Below are positions 24,395 to 37,452 of a DNA stretch of 64,000 bases, piece after piece. Position 1 is the first letter of the stretch; the number at the start of each line of letters is the position of its first letter. A program made the position numbers and the translations under genes. The notes below the pieces were generated by a model. It was not told the DNA's origin and made no database searches. It saw only the letters and a program-made list of their open reading frames with translations. Origin of the DNA: Eledone cirrhosa (Eukaryota); the NCBI GenBank assembly GCA_964016885.1, contig OZ024741.1, positions 299,398,001 through 299,462,000 of the forward strand, written 5' to 3'.

Positions 24395-27300
24395 GCTGAT
24401 AGTAGACGTGTGTTACTTCGGCTGCAGCTTTTGGATTTGTATTACGTTTTTGACTGTGAGTTTGTTTTTCATTTGCTTTATTTGTGTGACCTAACCCCCC
24501 CGCCTGGACTTGCAGATGGGTGGTTATTTTATTTTTACCCCTTTTTGGGGGTAAAAACTATTTTGAAAAAAAAAAAAAAAAATGTGTATAACAACTTACA
24601 ATAATGGACACCATACATGAAAACACAACTGCCACGCCCCCCCACGGAAAGTGATAAAGAGCAACAAGTAACTCAACCTACTGAAGCTTCCCTTCTCTCG
24701 CTTTCGCATGCGAGTATGGAAGTGGACTTGTCGAACAATTCTAAAAACTTGGGTAATAACCCAAACAATGGAAACACCAAATTGAAAGAATGTATAAATT
24801 ACACTAACACCAACAACACCAACACAAATAACAAAGAACATAACACAAACACACACAAAAGCGAAAAGAACAGCAACAATGACAAAGAAAACAACATAAA
24901 TGTGAATTCAAAACCCGAAAAAATGGGTGAAAACCCCAAAAACTGTAGCGCAAACAACAACAACCAAAACGCAAACACCCCAAAAAACAAGAACAACAGC
25001 AACGAAACACACAGAAAAAGACCCCACTACACGAATATCCTTTGCACAGGTCGTTAAGGAGACCGAAACTTTCACCCCAGTTGACATCAGTAATGCACAG
25101 GAATTGATAAAAGAGGGGAGAAAACAGGTGAGCTTTGGTGAAAACGGTGAATTCACCTTAATCTCCCCTAAGGATATTAAAAGAGACACGGTCCTAAGGA
25201 CAATTCATTTTAGAACTATATCAAATGCGTCGAAAAAACCAGCTCAATTATCGCATAGTGAAATTGAGCTGGTGTTAAAAGATGCGTTGAAGGACATGAT
25301 TTTTATTGAGAGAGGGAAGTTATATGGCAGTCTGACAATTTGATGAAGGACCAATTGGTGGCCCAAAAATACTCGGTGTCGCCAATCGTGTCCAAACAGT
25401 ACACTTTCTTCCCCACCTACATGGGGAAGAAAACTAAAAAAATAACAATCTCCGGTATACACCCAAATACAAATATGTGGTGGATACTAGGAGGGATACT
25501 GGACGACGAAGATGAACTCCTTGATGTAGGCAAAGCCACCAGGGCCACCTTGGCGGTATAGACATACAGGTTCTGGTTCGAATGATACCAGAACGTATCG
25601 CAAAGATATACCAAAGATGTCTCTGGAAGGCTTCCAATTTATGAACATGGCAGTTGGGGGTAGGCGGCCCGCTTGCTACCTCTGTGGAGGCAGAAGTCAC
25701 CTGAGGGCTGCCTGTCCTCAACAAACTAAAAAACCTTTACTGCCAACACCGCCAAAAACACCACCAACACCACCACAACAACAACAACAACAAACACAAG
25801 TCAACAAAAAACTTAACATGGACGCACCCAACCCCATCCACACCCATAACAACTCCACAAACAAAAACACAATCACCACCACTACCCCAAAAACAACAAA
25901 CACAACAAGTCAACAAAAAATTGAACACGGTCCCACCCAACTCCTCCCCACCTTAAACAACTCCAACAACATACATAACAAAACCCCAAAATATACCCCT
26001 CCCCTCCAACTTGGAAGAGGATCCCTTAACGTCACAAGACGAGGGAGAACCCTTCCAAAAAATAAAGCGAAAAAAAAGAAAACACACCGCACCCACACAA
26101 AGAAAAATAACCCCTCCCAAAAACAAAAGTAAAAAAAATACAGAACCAAAACCAACAAAAATTACACAGACACAGCTCTACACATACTTCCACACAAAAA
26201 ATATAAAACTTGTTAACAAAATTGAACAAAACCCTTCGGTGCAAACCGAAGGGCCAAATTTCACGAGGGCCACAGAGAACCTTCGACTGGTGGTTTTTAG
26301 ACGTTGGCAGTGGTGAAGGCGGAGCCTTTAGGCTGGTCGCCGCCTACGCCCATTTTGGGTCAGCGCGGCCGGAGACTTTTCTAGGGACGTTCTTGACTTT
26401 TCTAGGACGCTCCTTGCTTAAAGTGGGGGACTGGAATGGAATCCTAGATCCACGTTGGGACTATGTAGAGGCATGTCCTGATAGAGGGGGTTATAAAAGC
26501 CTCAAGGGGCTAATCGGCTGATTCGACCTGGCCGATAGATATCGAGTTAGAAATAAGGATAGGGACTTTTTAAGTTGTCCAGAAATGCTCATGGTTGGTT
26601 ATTCAGACCACAAGTTAGTGACGTCCATGGTCAACCATGATAGAACGCATAGACAGGGACCCGGTTACGGGAACCTCAACTTGTCCTTACCGGCAAGTAA
26701 AGCTTACAGGGACCGGATTAGTACTTTAGTTAAGGAGCGTTTGACGGGCGCCATCGTCAACAGCAGATGGTGGGGATCTCTCAAAAGAGAGATTAGAGTA
26801 GCTTCAATAGGAGTTAGTAAGGAGTTAGCCTCGGATAGAAATAGGAAGGAAAGGGAGTTGGTAGATAGTGTGGAAGAGGCAATTAGAAGCGGCGACGTAG
26901 CCAGAGTGCTAGCGTCGAGAACCGCCTTGGGCCAGTTCTTCGACGAGAACCACGAAGGCTGCGTTGTCTGAAGCAAAATACGTGCTCTGGGAAACGAGGA
27001 GACCAAAGCTGTTAGCTGGGCCCGCGTGACAGAAGCCAATGGGATTAGATCCACTATCCGGTCTTTGCAAGACCAGGTTGGATGGGTGATCCTTGAACCT
27101 AAGCAGATGTGCGAGACCTTTCAAACGCACTTTTCCCGATTGTTCGGAAGGGGCGGGGGACCGGATGGGGATGTGGACTTCGGTCCATACCTCGACGGCC
27201 TGCCGCGTCTTTCGGACGAGGAGGCGAAGTCCTGCGAGAGGCCGATCTCAGCTGCTGAAATAGGGGACGTGTGAGCCAATGCGGCAGACGCAAATCTCCG

Positions 27301-29515
27301 GGCCTCGATGATCTTCCATACGAACTGTATTTAAGTATGCCGGACTTGTTCTTCGATCTCCGCGAGGCGGTCTACTTTAACTGGCAACAGAACGGGAGAA
27401 TTCCCTGTTCTGTGACCAAGGGCGTAGTCTCGCTAGTGCAGAAGGACGAGAACAAGGGGGATGAAATAAGTAATTCCAGGCCCATAACTCAGCTAAATGC
27501 AGAGTTAAAGATTTTGGCCGAGGTGTTAGCAAAGAGGTTGGCGCTTGTCGTGGGCAACCTGGTGGAAGATGCGCAGACATGCGCCATCCCGTCCAGGTCC
27601 ATTCAGGACAACCTCATGCGATACATCATAGGGTTGGGAACGTACCGGGCTTTGGTGGGGCCCTGATCAACTTGGATCAATCTAAAGCGTTCGTTAGAGT
27701 CGACCATCGTTACCTGGATGCGGTGATAGTGGCGGCAGGTTTCGGACCCGTTTTCAGGGGCTTGATCATTGCCATGCACAGCAGCCGCATCTGCTCTAGT
27801 CTCAAGGTGAACGGCTACCTCTCGGAGCCGTTCGAAATCAGGCGGTCCATCCGACAGGGATGCCCTCTCTCCTCCCTTCAGTATGTGGAAGTTGGAGTTG
27901 TTACAGGGCATCCCTCTGGAACCGGTGTCGGCCTACGCCGATGACGTGAGAGTCTGGTGTCAACCGCCTCGGAAATCAGGGTGATCGGCAACTTACTGGA
28001 GGAATACGAAAAGTTTACACGGGCTAAGCTGAACCGCGACAAGTCACACGGTTTGCGAATCGGCGAGTGGAGGGGAAAACCGATAGCCTCCAACGGCGTC
28101 GTCGGACGTTGGACACGGTGCCCGGTGAAGTTTCTCGGGGTCTGGTTCGGGCCAGACCTCCAGGTGGAGCAGAACTGGGGTGAGGTATCGAACAGCGTGT
28201 TTGCGCTGACGCAGAAGTGGGCTGAGTGCAAACTATCCCTGAAAGGTCGGGCGGAGATTGCGAACGCTTATATAGCGTCCGTCATCTATTACCGCCTGAC
28301 CGTCGTGTCTTGCCCAAGGGAAACACTCACCAAAATGGAACGCGCACTCTTCCAATTCCTTTGGGGCGGAGATCCATCTGCTGTCAACACCCTTCGAAAG
28401 GAGGGATGGGGATGCCGTGGTTGATGATGCGTAAACACGCACTAAGGCTACGGCACCTCCAGTTATTCCTCACCGGTCAACCGGTGTGGGCCCCGTTTGT
28501 GAGGCGAGCCTTTCCGAGACTCGTCTCGCTCACTGAACTGCAGTCCTGGGTCAAGCAAAGACCGAGAAAACTGGGCGTCTGGCACACCGAGTGTGCACAG
28601 GCGCTCACGGCTTTCTGGCAGGCGGACCCGGCTATCGGTGGAGACTCCACCTCGTCATTCTATAGAGGGCTGGTTGTTAGTAGGTGCCACGACGCCCCCG
28701 GTGAAGCGCTAGGCATGGAAGAAGACGAACTGGCCAGCCTATTCGGGAGGACATTTGGCCCGGGACCTATGGACAACTTCCAGAGGTCCCTGGCCTGGCA
28801 GTGCTACCGAGGGGCGCTGCCCGTTCGAGAAAAGCTCTACCGACACGGGTGCCCGGGTAGGGACCCCTCGAAAAAGATCTGTCCCAGATGCGTGCGCGAC
28901 CAGGAAACTGTTGCGCACGCATTGGTACACTGCTCGGGCGTTGCCGATCTGTGGGGCTAAGTTGAACGAATGCTGTCACGAGTGGCACCAATCCGGTTGA
29001 CCACAGAGTCCATTGAAACGATCAAGCCGCCTCCCCCCTTCAAAAATGAAGGAGAGGCGGTCTTCCTCTGTGTAATAGCCATGGTGAAAGAGGTGGTATG
29101 GTGGACACGTTTGAAAGGGCTGAGGTCGGACACCTTTCTCTACGGCCAACAACTGGTCCTTTTCTTTAAATACCATTTTAAGAGAAGGACCAGAATGGAG
29201 AAAGAGGTGCTCTACGCCAGCAAGTTTTATGAAAGGTGGATGAAAGTAGCGAGAATGGCCCGTGTGAATGGGCCTTCTCTCTTTATCAGCCTGTAGGTGG
29301 AAAGGTGGAAGTTCAAAGGAACACCCCCTCTCTGTGCTCCTAAGGAAAAGGGTTGCACACTGTTTCGGTGTTTAAGCCCCAAACCGGCTCCTCCCTATTG
29401 AGGACTGTATTGTTCATTTTATATTTGTTATTTGTTGTTTACTCGTTCCTTTATGTAACCCCCCCCCTTGTATTTTCCCCCTTCTTTTGTGTCCTCGTGG
29501 CAAATAAATAGAAAC
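24395..29515 (+). mobile_element. Near full-length but decayed L1/Tx1-clade LINE inserted in a (TATC)n tract
   Basis: ORF1 fragments with a CCHC knuckle (CYLCGGRSHLRAAC). ORF2 fragments: APE (VGDWNG, YSDH), RT (KSPGLDDLPYE, RPITQLN, DQSKAF, RQGCPLS, YADD at ~27934-27945, KFLGVW) and C-terminal CPRC..ETVAHALVHC. AATAAA at ~29503. (TATC)n on both sides. Confidence 0.9.
26300..29296 (+). pseudogene. Tx1-like ORF2 (APE endonuclease, RT, zinc finger) with multiple stops and frameshifts
   Basis: Consecutive ORF fragments 26210, 26585, 27026, 27271, 27579, 27957, 28226 and 28970 give collinear ORF2 motifs. Confidence 0.88.
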
Positions 29516-29519
29516 TTAT

Positions 29520-29550
<31 letters not shown>

Positions 29551-29619
29551 GCCCTCCGTCCAAATATATAAAGTAAGTAAGATCGAAGTCACATTGCAAC
29601 ATATATATAAACTTTATTA

Positions 29620-29709
29620 GCATATTACAATCGTTTCAATATCGATCAGTTCAAGGTGTATTCATAATGACTGGGGTGCGACTCATCGTCGAAATCTCAT
29701 CAGATATGC
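29620..29709 (-). ncRNA. Type I hammerhead ribozyme motif with long loop II
   Basis: Reverse complement reads gcatat-CTGATGA-gatttcga(~43 nt)tcgatatt-GAAAC-gatt-GTA-atatgc. Confidence 0.72.
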
Positions 29710-32600
29710 AAGCTCCAGTTTATCTCAATTTAACATTTCTAGATTGTATGATAGCCATGTACACCATGTCCGAAACACAGAGGAGCCGAACTGCCACTGT
29801 CATCGTCACCCTCTCGCTCGCCCTTCCCATCACTATGAGTAAATGGGGTCCCACGCGCTGGCCGGACAGAATGTAGAAGACGTTTCCCCGGAGGATGGTG
29901 AGGGAGATGCACTGGAAGAGTCAATACATTTCGCGAGGCTCACATCTGCGGCTAGCCAGCTTAACGCATATGGCGGCGGTGAGTAGGGATGCGGCCCTAG
30001 AGCCAAGGACAACAGAACAGTTTCCAATTCTTGTTTCGTCTCTATTCCATTTAAATTAAAACACGGGAGAAAAACTTGGGGAGCGTCGAATCTGAGTTAG
30101 GTAAGAGGAATAATACGTATTGAGTCTTGAGCAAAATAGAAATAACTTGTTCGTACTTATATTTGGGAAGTCTATTATGTGGCCTGGAATAAGTTTAGTA
30201 ATCTTGGGAGGTAAGGAATTCAACACAATGTTACCACAACAAGAACTTAGATTCAGCATCATTAATTCGAAAATATATTACATATATCCAAGAAAACATA
30301 CGTGGTACATGCATATGTGTGTGATTATGTGAACCTGTAAGTACATCCAGTGATACATACATACATGCATGTATGTATACAAAAACGCGCATGTATGTAT
30401 ACAGTATATAAATACGTATAATTATTAAATATATACACGATGGCTGTGCCCCAGCATGGCATTACATGTGTGACGCCTTGGAGTAATGGTAACCCAGTGG
30501 TATGCATATACATACATATATATATATATTTAAAAGTTAAACAAGGTTCAATGAATAAATCAAAGAATGAGTTTTACAATAGATTAGAAGCACTCAGCAG
30601 TAATGGTTTTCCAGAGTTCTTAATATTAATTCAAAATATTAACAAAATAGATATTCTTGTGATCAAGTATATTTTATCATACATATTTCAAGGATACTGA
30701 GTTCAACAGTACGCCCTCATCAGATAAAATAAGATGATGCATGACATACCCTGACATAGTAGATGGTTAAGATTCAGTCATAGTAGTGAGTAATATATGA
30801 CAAAACTCAATATTTATATACCTTAATATTGAGATCATGAGAAAAATATATAATACATACAATAGAGAGGGTGCGTGTGAGACAGCTTAAACAATACATG
30901 GCATCAATATAACTGTTAAAAAATAATTTAATTACTGAAAAAAGAGGAAAGAAAGGAAAGCATAGCGGAAGGAACAGCTGATGGGATAATATAGTTAGTA
31001 GGTCCCTCGAAAGACAGAAGAGAATTGATTATAGAGAGAGGGATACAAAGGGGAATAATCTATGTTCAAGTTTATAGACAATTATCCATATATACAATAT
31101 ATATCTAAACTTATTTGGTTGACCGTTAATATTCAAAATATTTAATTTAAGTTAGTTCAGAGTAATAAATACTATTTTAGGTTTTAAAAGTTAATAGGTT
31201 TCTGTATTAATATAAAAGTTTATTATCAAGTTTAATTTCTAAAATTCAAATTTTATGAAATCAGATTTAAAGGATTTACAAACACGAGAAAGAAAACAAT
31301 GTTTTTAAACCTCACGAAGGTAAATTTTACAGTTTATATAATAGAATTTATAAAATAATTAGTTATAATTATTAAAGAATTTATGATTAACAATTTGAGT
31401 TCCTAAAGGATTAACAGGCCTTATAATTAAACCTAAAGAGGTCTGAATTTTAAATAACATATATGTGTTAATCAAAAAAATATACAAGGATTATATTGTC
31501 TAAAGCCTTAAGGTGATACCTTTCAAATATACATAACATAATACAATAATACAATATAGTAAATAAGTTACTGAAAATATTGTTAAAAATTAATGTTTTA
31601 TATCAATTATTGTAAAAGGATTATTTGATAGATATATACTATAAATATATAAGTCAAAATTACATGAGTCCTAAGGATAAGGGCTAAATACAAAATAGAA
31701 AGTGAAAAATAATGAATTGTTGGCGAAACATAAAAATGCCCGATATTAAAAATATAGTTTAAAATGTAAGAGGGTTTTAATATATAGTAGACAAAAGATA
31801 CTTCTAAAATGTCCAGCGAATGTGATAGAAAGAGGAGCTAAAGACTTGAAAAAGCCGAAGGTAATCTAAATTTAATTTAAATAAATTAAATTATATTAAA
31901 TTAACTAATAATCATTATATAATTTCGAACATCCAGGGAATATCTAAGATGTATAACAATAGAGAGTCATTAGAGTATCTAAATTACTTATAAATGTAAC
32001 TACGAGCATGTTATTATATTAGATAAACATATTTGTACAACTATATAAAGAAAGTATTATAGGTATTAATGAAACGATATACATTTAATAAATAAATAAT
32101 TACAATCATTATTAGTAATGCTATAATTGTAGTTTTACCTCCAGTTCATTGGAGAGAGAGAACAATATTTGTCAACTAGTATGGTTTGTTATATTTATAC
32201 CTAGATATATATAAAAATATATAAGTGCAAATCTAACTTTCTGAGTCCCCAAAATCTACCCAAAATGAGTAAAATATAGAAATGCATGAATGATTTACGG
32301 TTCAATTATAACCGGTAATCTTACAAGTTATATATCCAGATTATATATTTAATACAGAGACAAATATATAAAGATCCGAATCTAAATTATAAAAATCTAA
32401 TATAATCCAAAGGTGTGCATATTTATCAAGAGAACAAGTTACCAATTAATATGTTTATATACCTAAATAGGATCCTTCATACTAACATCAATTCTATCAT
32501 AAATGATTAGAAAATAAAGTATTATTAAAGTTTTATAAACTGTTATAACGTTTTTGGTCCAACAGTTGATAAGAGACGTCAAAAATTAAAGCCTCTTTGT

Positions 32601-33760
32601 TTAGTGTTTATTCCTGACTTTTTGTGAGGCTTGGAATGTAGACAAAACTTTATGAAGGCAGTTTGAGAATAATTCATTTTTTTTGTTAATTAAGTTTTCA
32701 TATTTAGTAATTATTAATAGGGTCTCCTTTGTGCAGAGGTTGCAGTTAGTTGATATAGGCGAGTTCGAATATATTTTACAAAGCTTCGTCCAAAAAATCG
32801 AGTATTTTAAATTTTTGTCTTTTAATGACCATATAAGTTGTGATAAAGAAGTCGAAGACTTCCTATTAAAATTCAAAAATAACCATTTGTGATTCGCAAA
32901 TCTCGATTTAAATGTCGAAGAAGTTGCCCCTATGTAGTTGTATGTGTTGTTATTTGTTTTTACGGTGCATTTATACACCAAATTTCTATGCAGACAATTA
33001 TTTTGCAGAGGGCAATCTGGTTTATTTCTGCAATTACATTTCGATTTATTATTATCTATATTAACACTATTATTAACAGCATTATGCTGACTTTGGTTTA
33101 GAATTCTACTATTTAGTTTAGCGATGTTTTGGGCCATATTCATAGTTGTAGAATAAGAAAGCTCAATTGTGTGTCTATTAAATATGGAACAGTATTTATG
33201 TTGACTAGGCAAGGAATTATCTAAAGCCTTAAATAATAGATTAGCTAGAATAGATTAGCTACAGAAGAATAGATTAGCTACAGAAGAATAGATTAGCTAC
33301 AGAATCAGGGTGAGGGGCATATAACTGATTTAGTTCTGTTTCTTTTCCCCAATTTATTCACAGTACAGGTGTTTGAATTATAATTTTTAGAATTTCGTTT
33401 ATATATGCCAGTCATATTACTATTCTTTTTATCAGGATTAAGATTCGGATTATTATTGTCTATATATTCTATACTATTTTTATAACCTGCCTTTCTTAGC
33501 GCATCATTGTAGTATCCTGCTTTTTCATCAAATACTGATTTATTGGCAGATATTTTAGTTATGCGTTTCTGTACACTATTAACAATTGCATTTTTCACAG
33601 ATTTAGGGTGATTAGAGTAATAACTAACGTAATTTAAGTTTTCATTGGGCTTATGGAATGGGTAATAAAAACCAGAGTATAAGTTAAGAGAAATTAATTA
33701 TTTTGGTACCACTTTCTACCTCTAATTTAAGGTCGTAATTTTTAAATAATTCAATTAAAT
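32601..33760 (-). pseudogene. Disrupted PLE RT-thumb/GIY-YIG coding remnant
   Basis: GIY-YIG motif and Cys linker are intact in 32601-33212. Upstream PFHKP..YVSYYSNHPKSVKNAIVNSVQKRI thumb motif. The frame is broken by a 19-bp tandem expansion at ~33235-33305. Confidence 0.8.
33235..33304. repeat. 19-bp tandem repeat (~3.5 copies) inside the PLE ORF
   Basis: gaatagattagctacagaa repeated. Confidence 0.9.
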
Positions 33761-34373
33761 TTTTCTTTACCCTATTTAGTTCTGTATTGCTGTGTTTAAC
33801 AACCGTAAATAAAATATATGTTTGTAAATCCTTTAAATTTGATTTCATAAAATTAGAATTTTAGAAATTAAACTTGATAGTCTACTTTAATATTAATACA
33901 GATACCTATTAACTTTTAAAATCTAAAATATTATTCATTACTCTGAACTAACTTAAATTAAATATTTTGTGTATTAACGGTCAACCAAATAAGTTTAGAT
34001 ATATATTGTATATATGGATAATTGTCTATAAACTTGAACATAAATTATTCCCCTTTGTATCTCTCTCTCTATAATCAACTCTCTTCTGTCTTTCGAGGCA
34101 CCTACTAACTATATTATCCCATCAGCTGTTTCTTCCACTATGCGTTCAATTCTTTCCTCTTTTTTCATTAATTAAAATTTTTTTTAACAGTTATATTGAT
34201 GCCATGTATTTTTTAAGCTGTCTCACACGCACCCTCTCTATTGTATGTATTATATATTTTTCTCATGATTTCAATATTAAGGTATATAAATATTGAGTTT
34301 TGTCATATATTACTCACTACCATGACTGAATCTTAACCATCTACTATGTCAGGGTATGTCATGCATCATCTTA

Positions 34374-34436
34374 TTTTATCTGATGAGGACGTACTTTCGA
34401 ACTTAACTCAGTACCTCGGAAATATGTATAATAAAA
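34374..34436 (+). ncRNA. Hammerhead motif in the PLE pseudo-LTR (second copy on minus strand at 30672-30729)
   Basis: ttttat-CTGATGA-ggacgtact..agtacctcg-GAAA-tatgta-TA-ataaaa. Stem II is imperfect, and the 30672 copy has a G at the cleavage position. Confidence 0.68.
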
Positions 34437-34588
34437 TATACTTGATCACAAGAATATCTATTTTGTTAATATTTTGAATTAATATATAATTATATATATA
34501 TATTGTTTCTACTTTTTGCACAAGGCCAGCAATTACCCAGTACATTACTGGCAATTTATTTTATCGATCCCGTAAGGATGAAAGGCAA

Positions 34589-37399
34589 TAGAGTGTGCCA
34601 TAAAAAGCAAGGTCACAATACTAACGCTCCCTTTGTATTTTCCCATTATAAATGCCCCAATTGGTAATGTAAACCATATTGTCTATAAAACAAATTATTA
34701 TCAGCCTTGCCTATATCATGGTGATTATAGTGGAAAGTGTGATTATATTGCATGACATCATGAAAATGTGAAAACAAATATGACCATACAATAATTGTTT
34801 ATGTTATTAATCTATTATATTTAGTAAACCAGCTTTGAATATAAAGGTGTACAAGGTAGAAACAAGTTCAGTTAAGTTAACTCTTTTCATAGTTTCCTTT
34901 TTGAAATCCAGGACCTTGCGACGATGAGCTTCGACTACTTGAAGAACACACTGCTTCTCCTCTTCATTCTTGGTGATGTCAACAAAATCAGTTATCAACT
35001 TGACTGCTCTCTCCGCCAGATCGTTGACTACCTTGATATTGTGAACAACAGCACAGGCATTTTGATATGACGCTTGTGATGACCAAGTTGCAGGTGACAG
35101 CTCAAGCCAAATATCGTCGAAACCAAGGACATCGAACAGAGCCTTGATTTCTTCTCAACTAGATGAGGCAGCTTCGTGGACGACTTCAACTCGGGAAATA
35201 CTGGAGCACCACGGTCGAGAGGCCCAGACGTTTTCGCTTTGCCAAGACGTTGGGCTAGTTGTTTCTTCTCGGACTCGTGGACCCGACATGAAAACAGCGC
35301 TAGCGGAATGGCTTCATCCGTCAGGCACCGACGATGCCTGCCCAGAGCAGTTTTGGCTGCCTGCGAGAGATCTCTGTCAACCTTACTATACTGTGTCAAC
35401 TTCACGTAGAATTGAAGGTCATTGGATGATGCATCATCACACTTGACTGCTGTCAGCCAGTATCGCACGTAGAACAGAGCATTGAACATAGAGATTCGGC
35501 GCAACTTTCCCATTTTAGCTTGATCGTAATTTAGTTGCTCACCAAATGCCTACATCTTTGCACTATAGATGATTGTGGACATCCACCGAGCGTTATGATG
35601 TGCACCAAGCAGCATCCAATGAATTCCACGAGGAGGGGTGACACCAAGCAAGATCAACATCAACTCGGCACATTCTCGGTAGTCGTCCCGTGGAAGAGAA
35701 CTGATTTTCCCACGTCGGATGTCAGCAAATCCTCGAGGAACTTGATGTTCTCAGAACACAGACGCTTGAGTCTCTGGTGGACAATGTTCAATGTTTTAAA
35801 GTTGGTCTTGTCCGTGAGTGACACCCAATCTTTTTTGAACTCTGGGGTGTCTGGACTGGACATTGCTCCGAATAGTTGTTGCCACACTGCACACAAGATA
35901 CGCCCTCTGACATAGTGCCGACAAGAAAAATAAAACACCTTTTTGTTGAGCATCTCTTCTAGGCACCATTTTTCCATCCAGAATTCGAAGCAGTTGTGTC
36001 GAAGACTAAGCCCACCACAGACCCATCAACATTCCAATCTTTAACAATATCAAATGATGCTTTGGCTTCGGTGGTTCCAGTGCCATCAGGAAGTATGGGA
36101 ACACCGAGGAGTCTACCTTTTCTGAAGTCCGGACTTCCAGCATCTAGCACACCTAGCCTCTCGTGGTCACCAGGAATTATTTTGCCATCCCAATGCACGG
36201 TAACACAGTCTGGTACAGCAAATTGTTCCTTTATGTGTTCAGCCCCCACTGTTCCGATCTTCTTGGCTGCACGTCTGCTACTATTCTTGGAGAGAGTTGT
36301 GGCGTATATGTCAGTCCCACCCTCAGAAATAATCGATGGCATAAATGCTGTTCTCAGGCAAGTCTCAAGTTTAAACGATTAGACATTAGATAAATTGTTG
36401 GACTTTGAAATGGATTCTTTGGGAGTTCCAGCTGGATTTTTCGTTTCTTGTCTGACTTTGAACTGTCTCTGGGTGGGTTTGAGGCCTGAAATTCAGGATC
36501 CTGTTCATCTTCAGTTTCATCATTGGTTGAACTTGAATCACTCAGTTCATTACGTGGAAGTTGTGCTGCTACAGATCCTGACAAACGCTTTCTCTGACTC
36601 TCGACGAGCCACAGAAACCTGATCACGCTTAAACTTTGAAGATAACTTTTTCTGGTAACCCTTGTCTTCAGCACCCAGAGATACCTTTTTTTCTGGCAAC
36701 GCAGGGCTTCGAGAAATGTAGCATCTTCCATTTTCTGTTCATTATAAAATAAAGTACCAGTAATACACTGGGTATTTGCTGGCCTTGTGCCAAAAGTAGA
36801 AACAATTATTACGAAGAACGTCTTTGAAAATTTTCATTTCAGCATCAGTATGTGCAATGTAGAAATACGAATCAAATTCAGAAATAAATAGTGCTTCCTT
36901 TTCTTTTTTTGACTTAGAACCTTTGTTTTTTTGTAAATTTCTGTATTCACTGTACATGTTCATCATTTTCAGTTTCACTTTGTCTTTTCGTTGAGTTGCC
37001 ACACCAGCTTTTTCCCACTGACAAACTATTTCCATCACAAGCCTATGCGCAATAGCACCATTGAAGCTCACATGCTTTTCGTGTTTAATAGGACAATCTT
37101 TCAGGTAGAAGAAATATCTTAGAACATCGCCCTTTGTTGGTATTTTGTTTGGTGAAAAGGATCTAACATATTACCCCAGCAGCCATATTTCTCGATCATC
37201 ACAACGGAGCGAGTAGCTACAACTAGGCCCACTGGTTTCCGCCATATTTCTGCCAATTTGCAACTATTAGGCAAGGCTTAAATTAGTCTGAAATAATCAA
37301 AATTAGATTATAAATTGATAATATACAAAATGGCATGAGGAAATGCATAGGGAACTAAGGAAAACCACTGTTGTGTAAAGTGTGGGATTCTGGAACACC

Positions 37400-37402
<3 letters not shown>
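34589..37402 (-). mobile_element. hAT (hATm-like) DNA transposon with frameshifted transposase
   Basis: Imperfect TIRs TAGAGTGTGCCA / TGGAACACCCTA. Fragments VHWDGK, LLGVP..GTG, FDTTASNSG..NGA, CRH, H.ARWM, VNDLAERAVKLITDF. No matching 8-bp TSD. Confidence 0.82.

Positions 37403-37452
<50 letters not shown>

Larger units (their letters stand above)
30530..34485 (-). mobile_element. Second, unrelated Penelope-like element: truncated RT end + GIY-YIG, long 3' UTR, and an inverted copy of the 3' pseudo-LTR at its 5' end
   Basis: ORF fragments 33305-33598 and 32601-33212 (KCNCRNKPDCPLQNNCL..LVYKC..YIGAT..FKSRFANH..CNLCTKE..NKKNELFSNCLH). 30622-31283 is the inverted repeat of 33817-34485. (TA)n at both ends. 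Confidence 0.88.

Noticed and set aside
24617-25057. Asn-rich 146-aa host protein
   Set aside because: Lies inside the Tx1 element as a low-complexity, frameshifted ORF1 piece.
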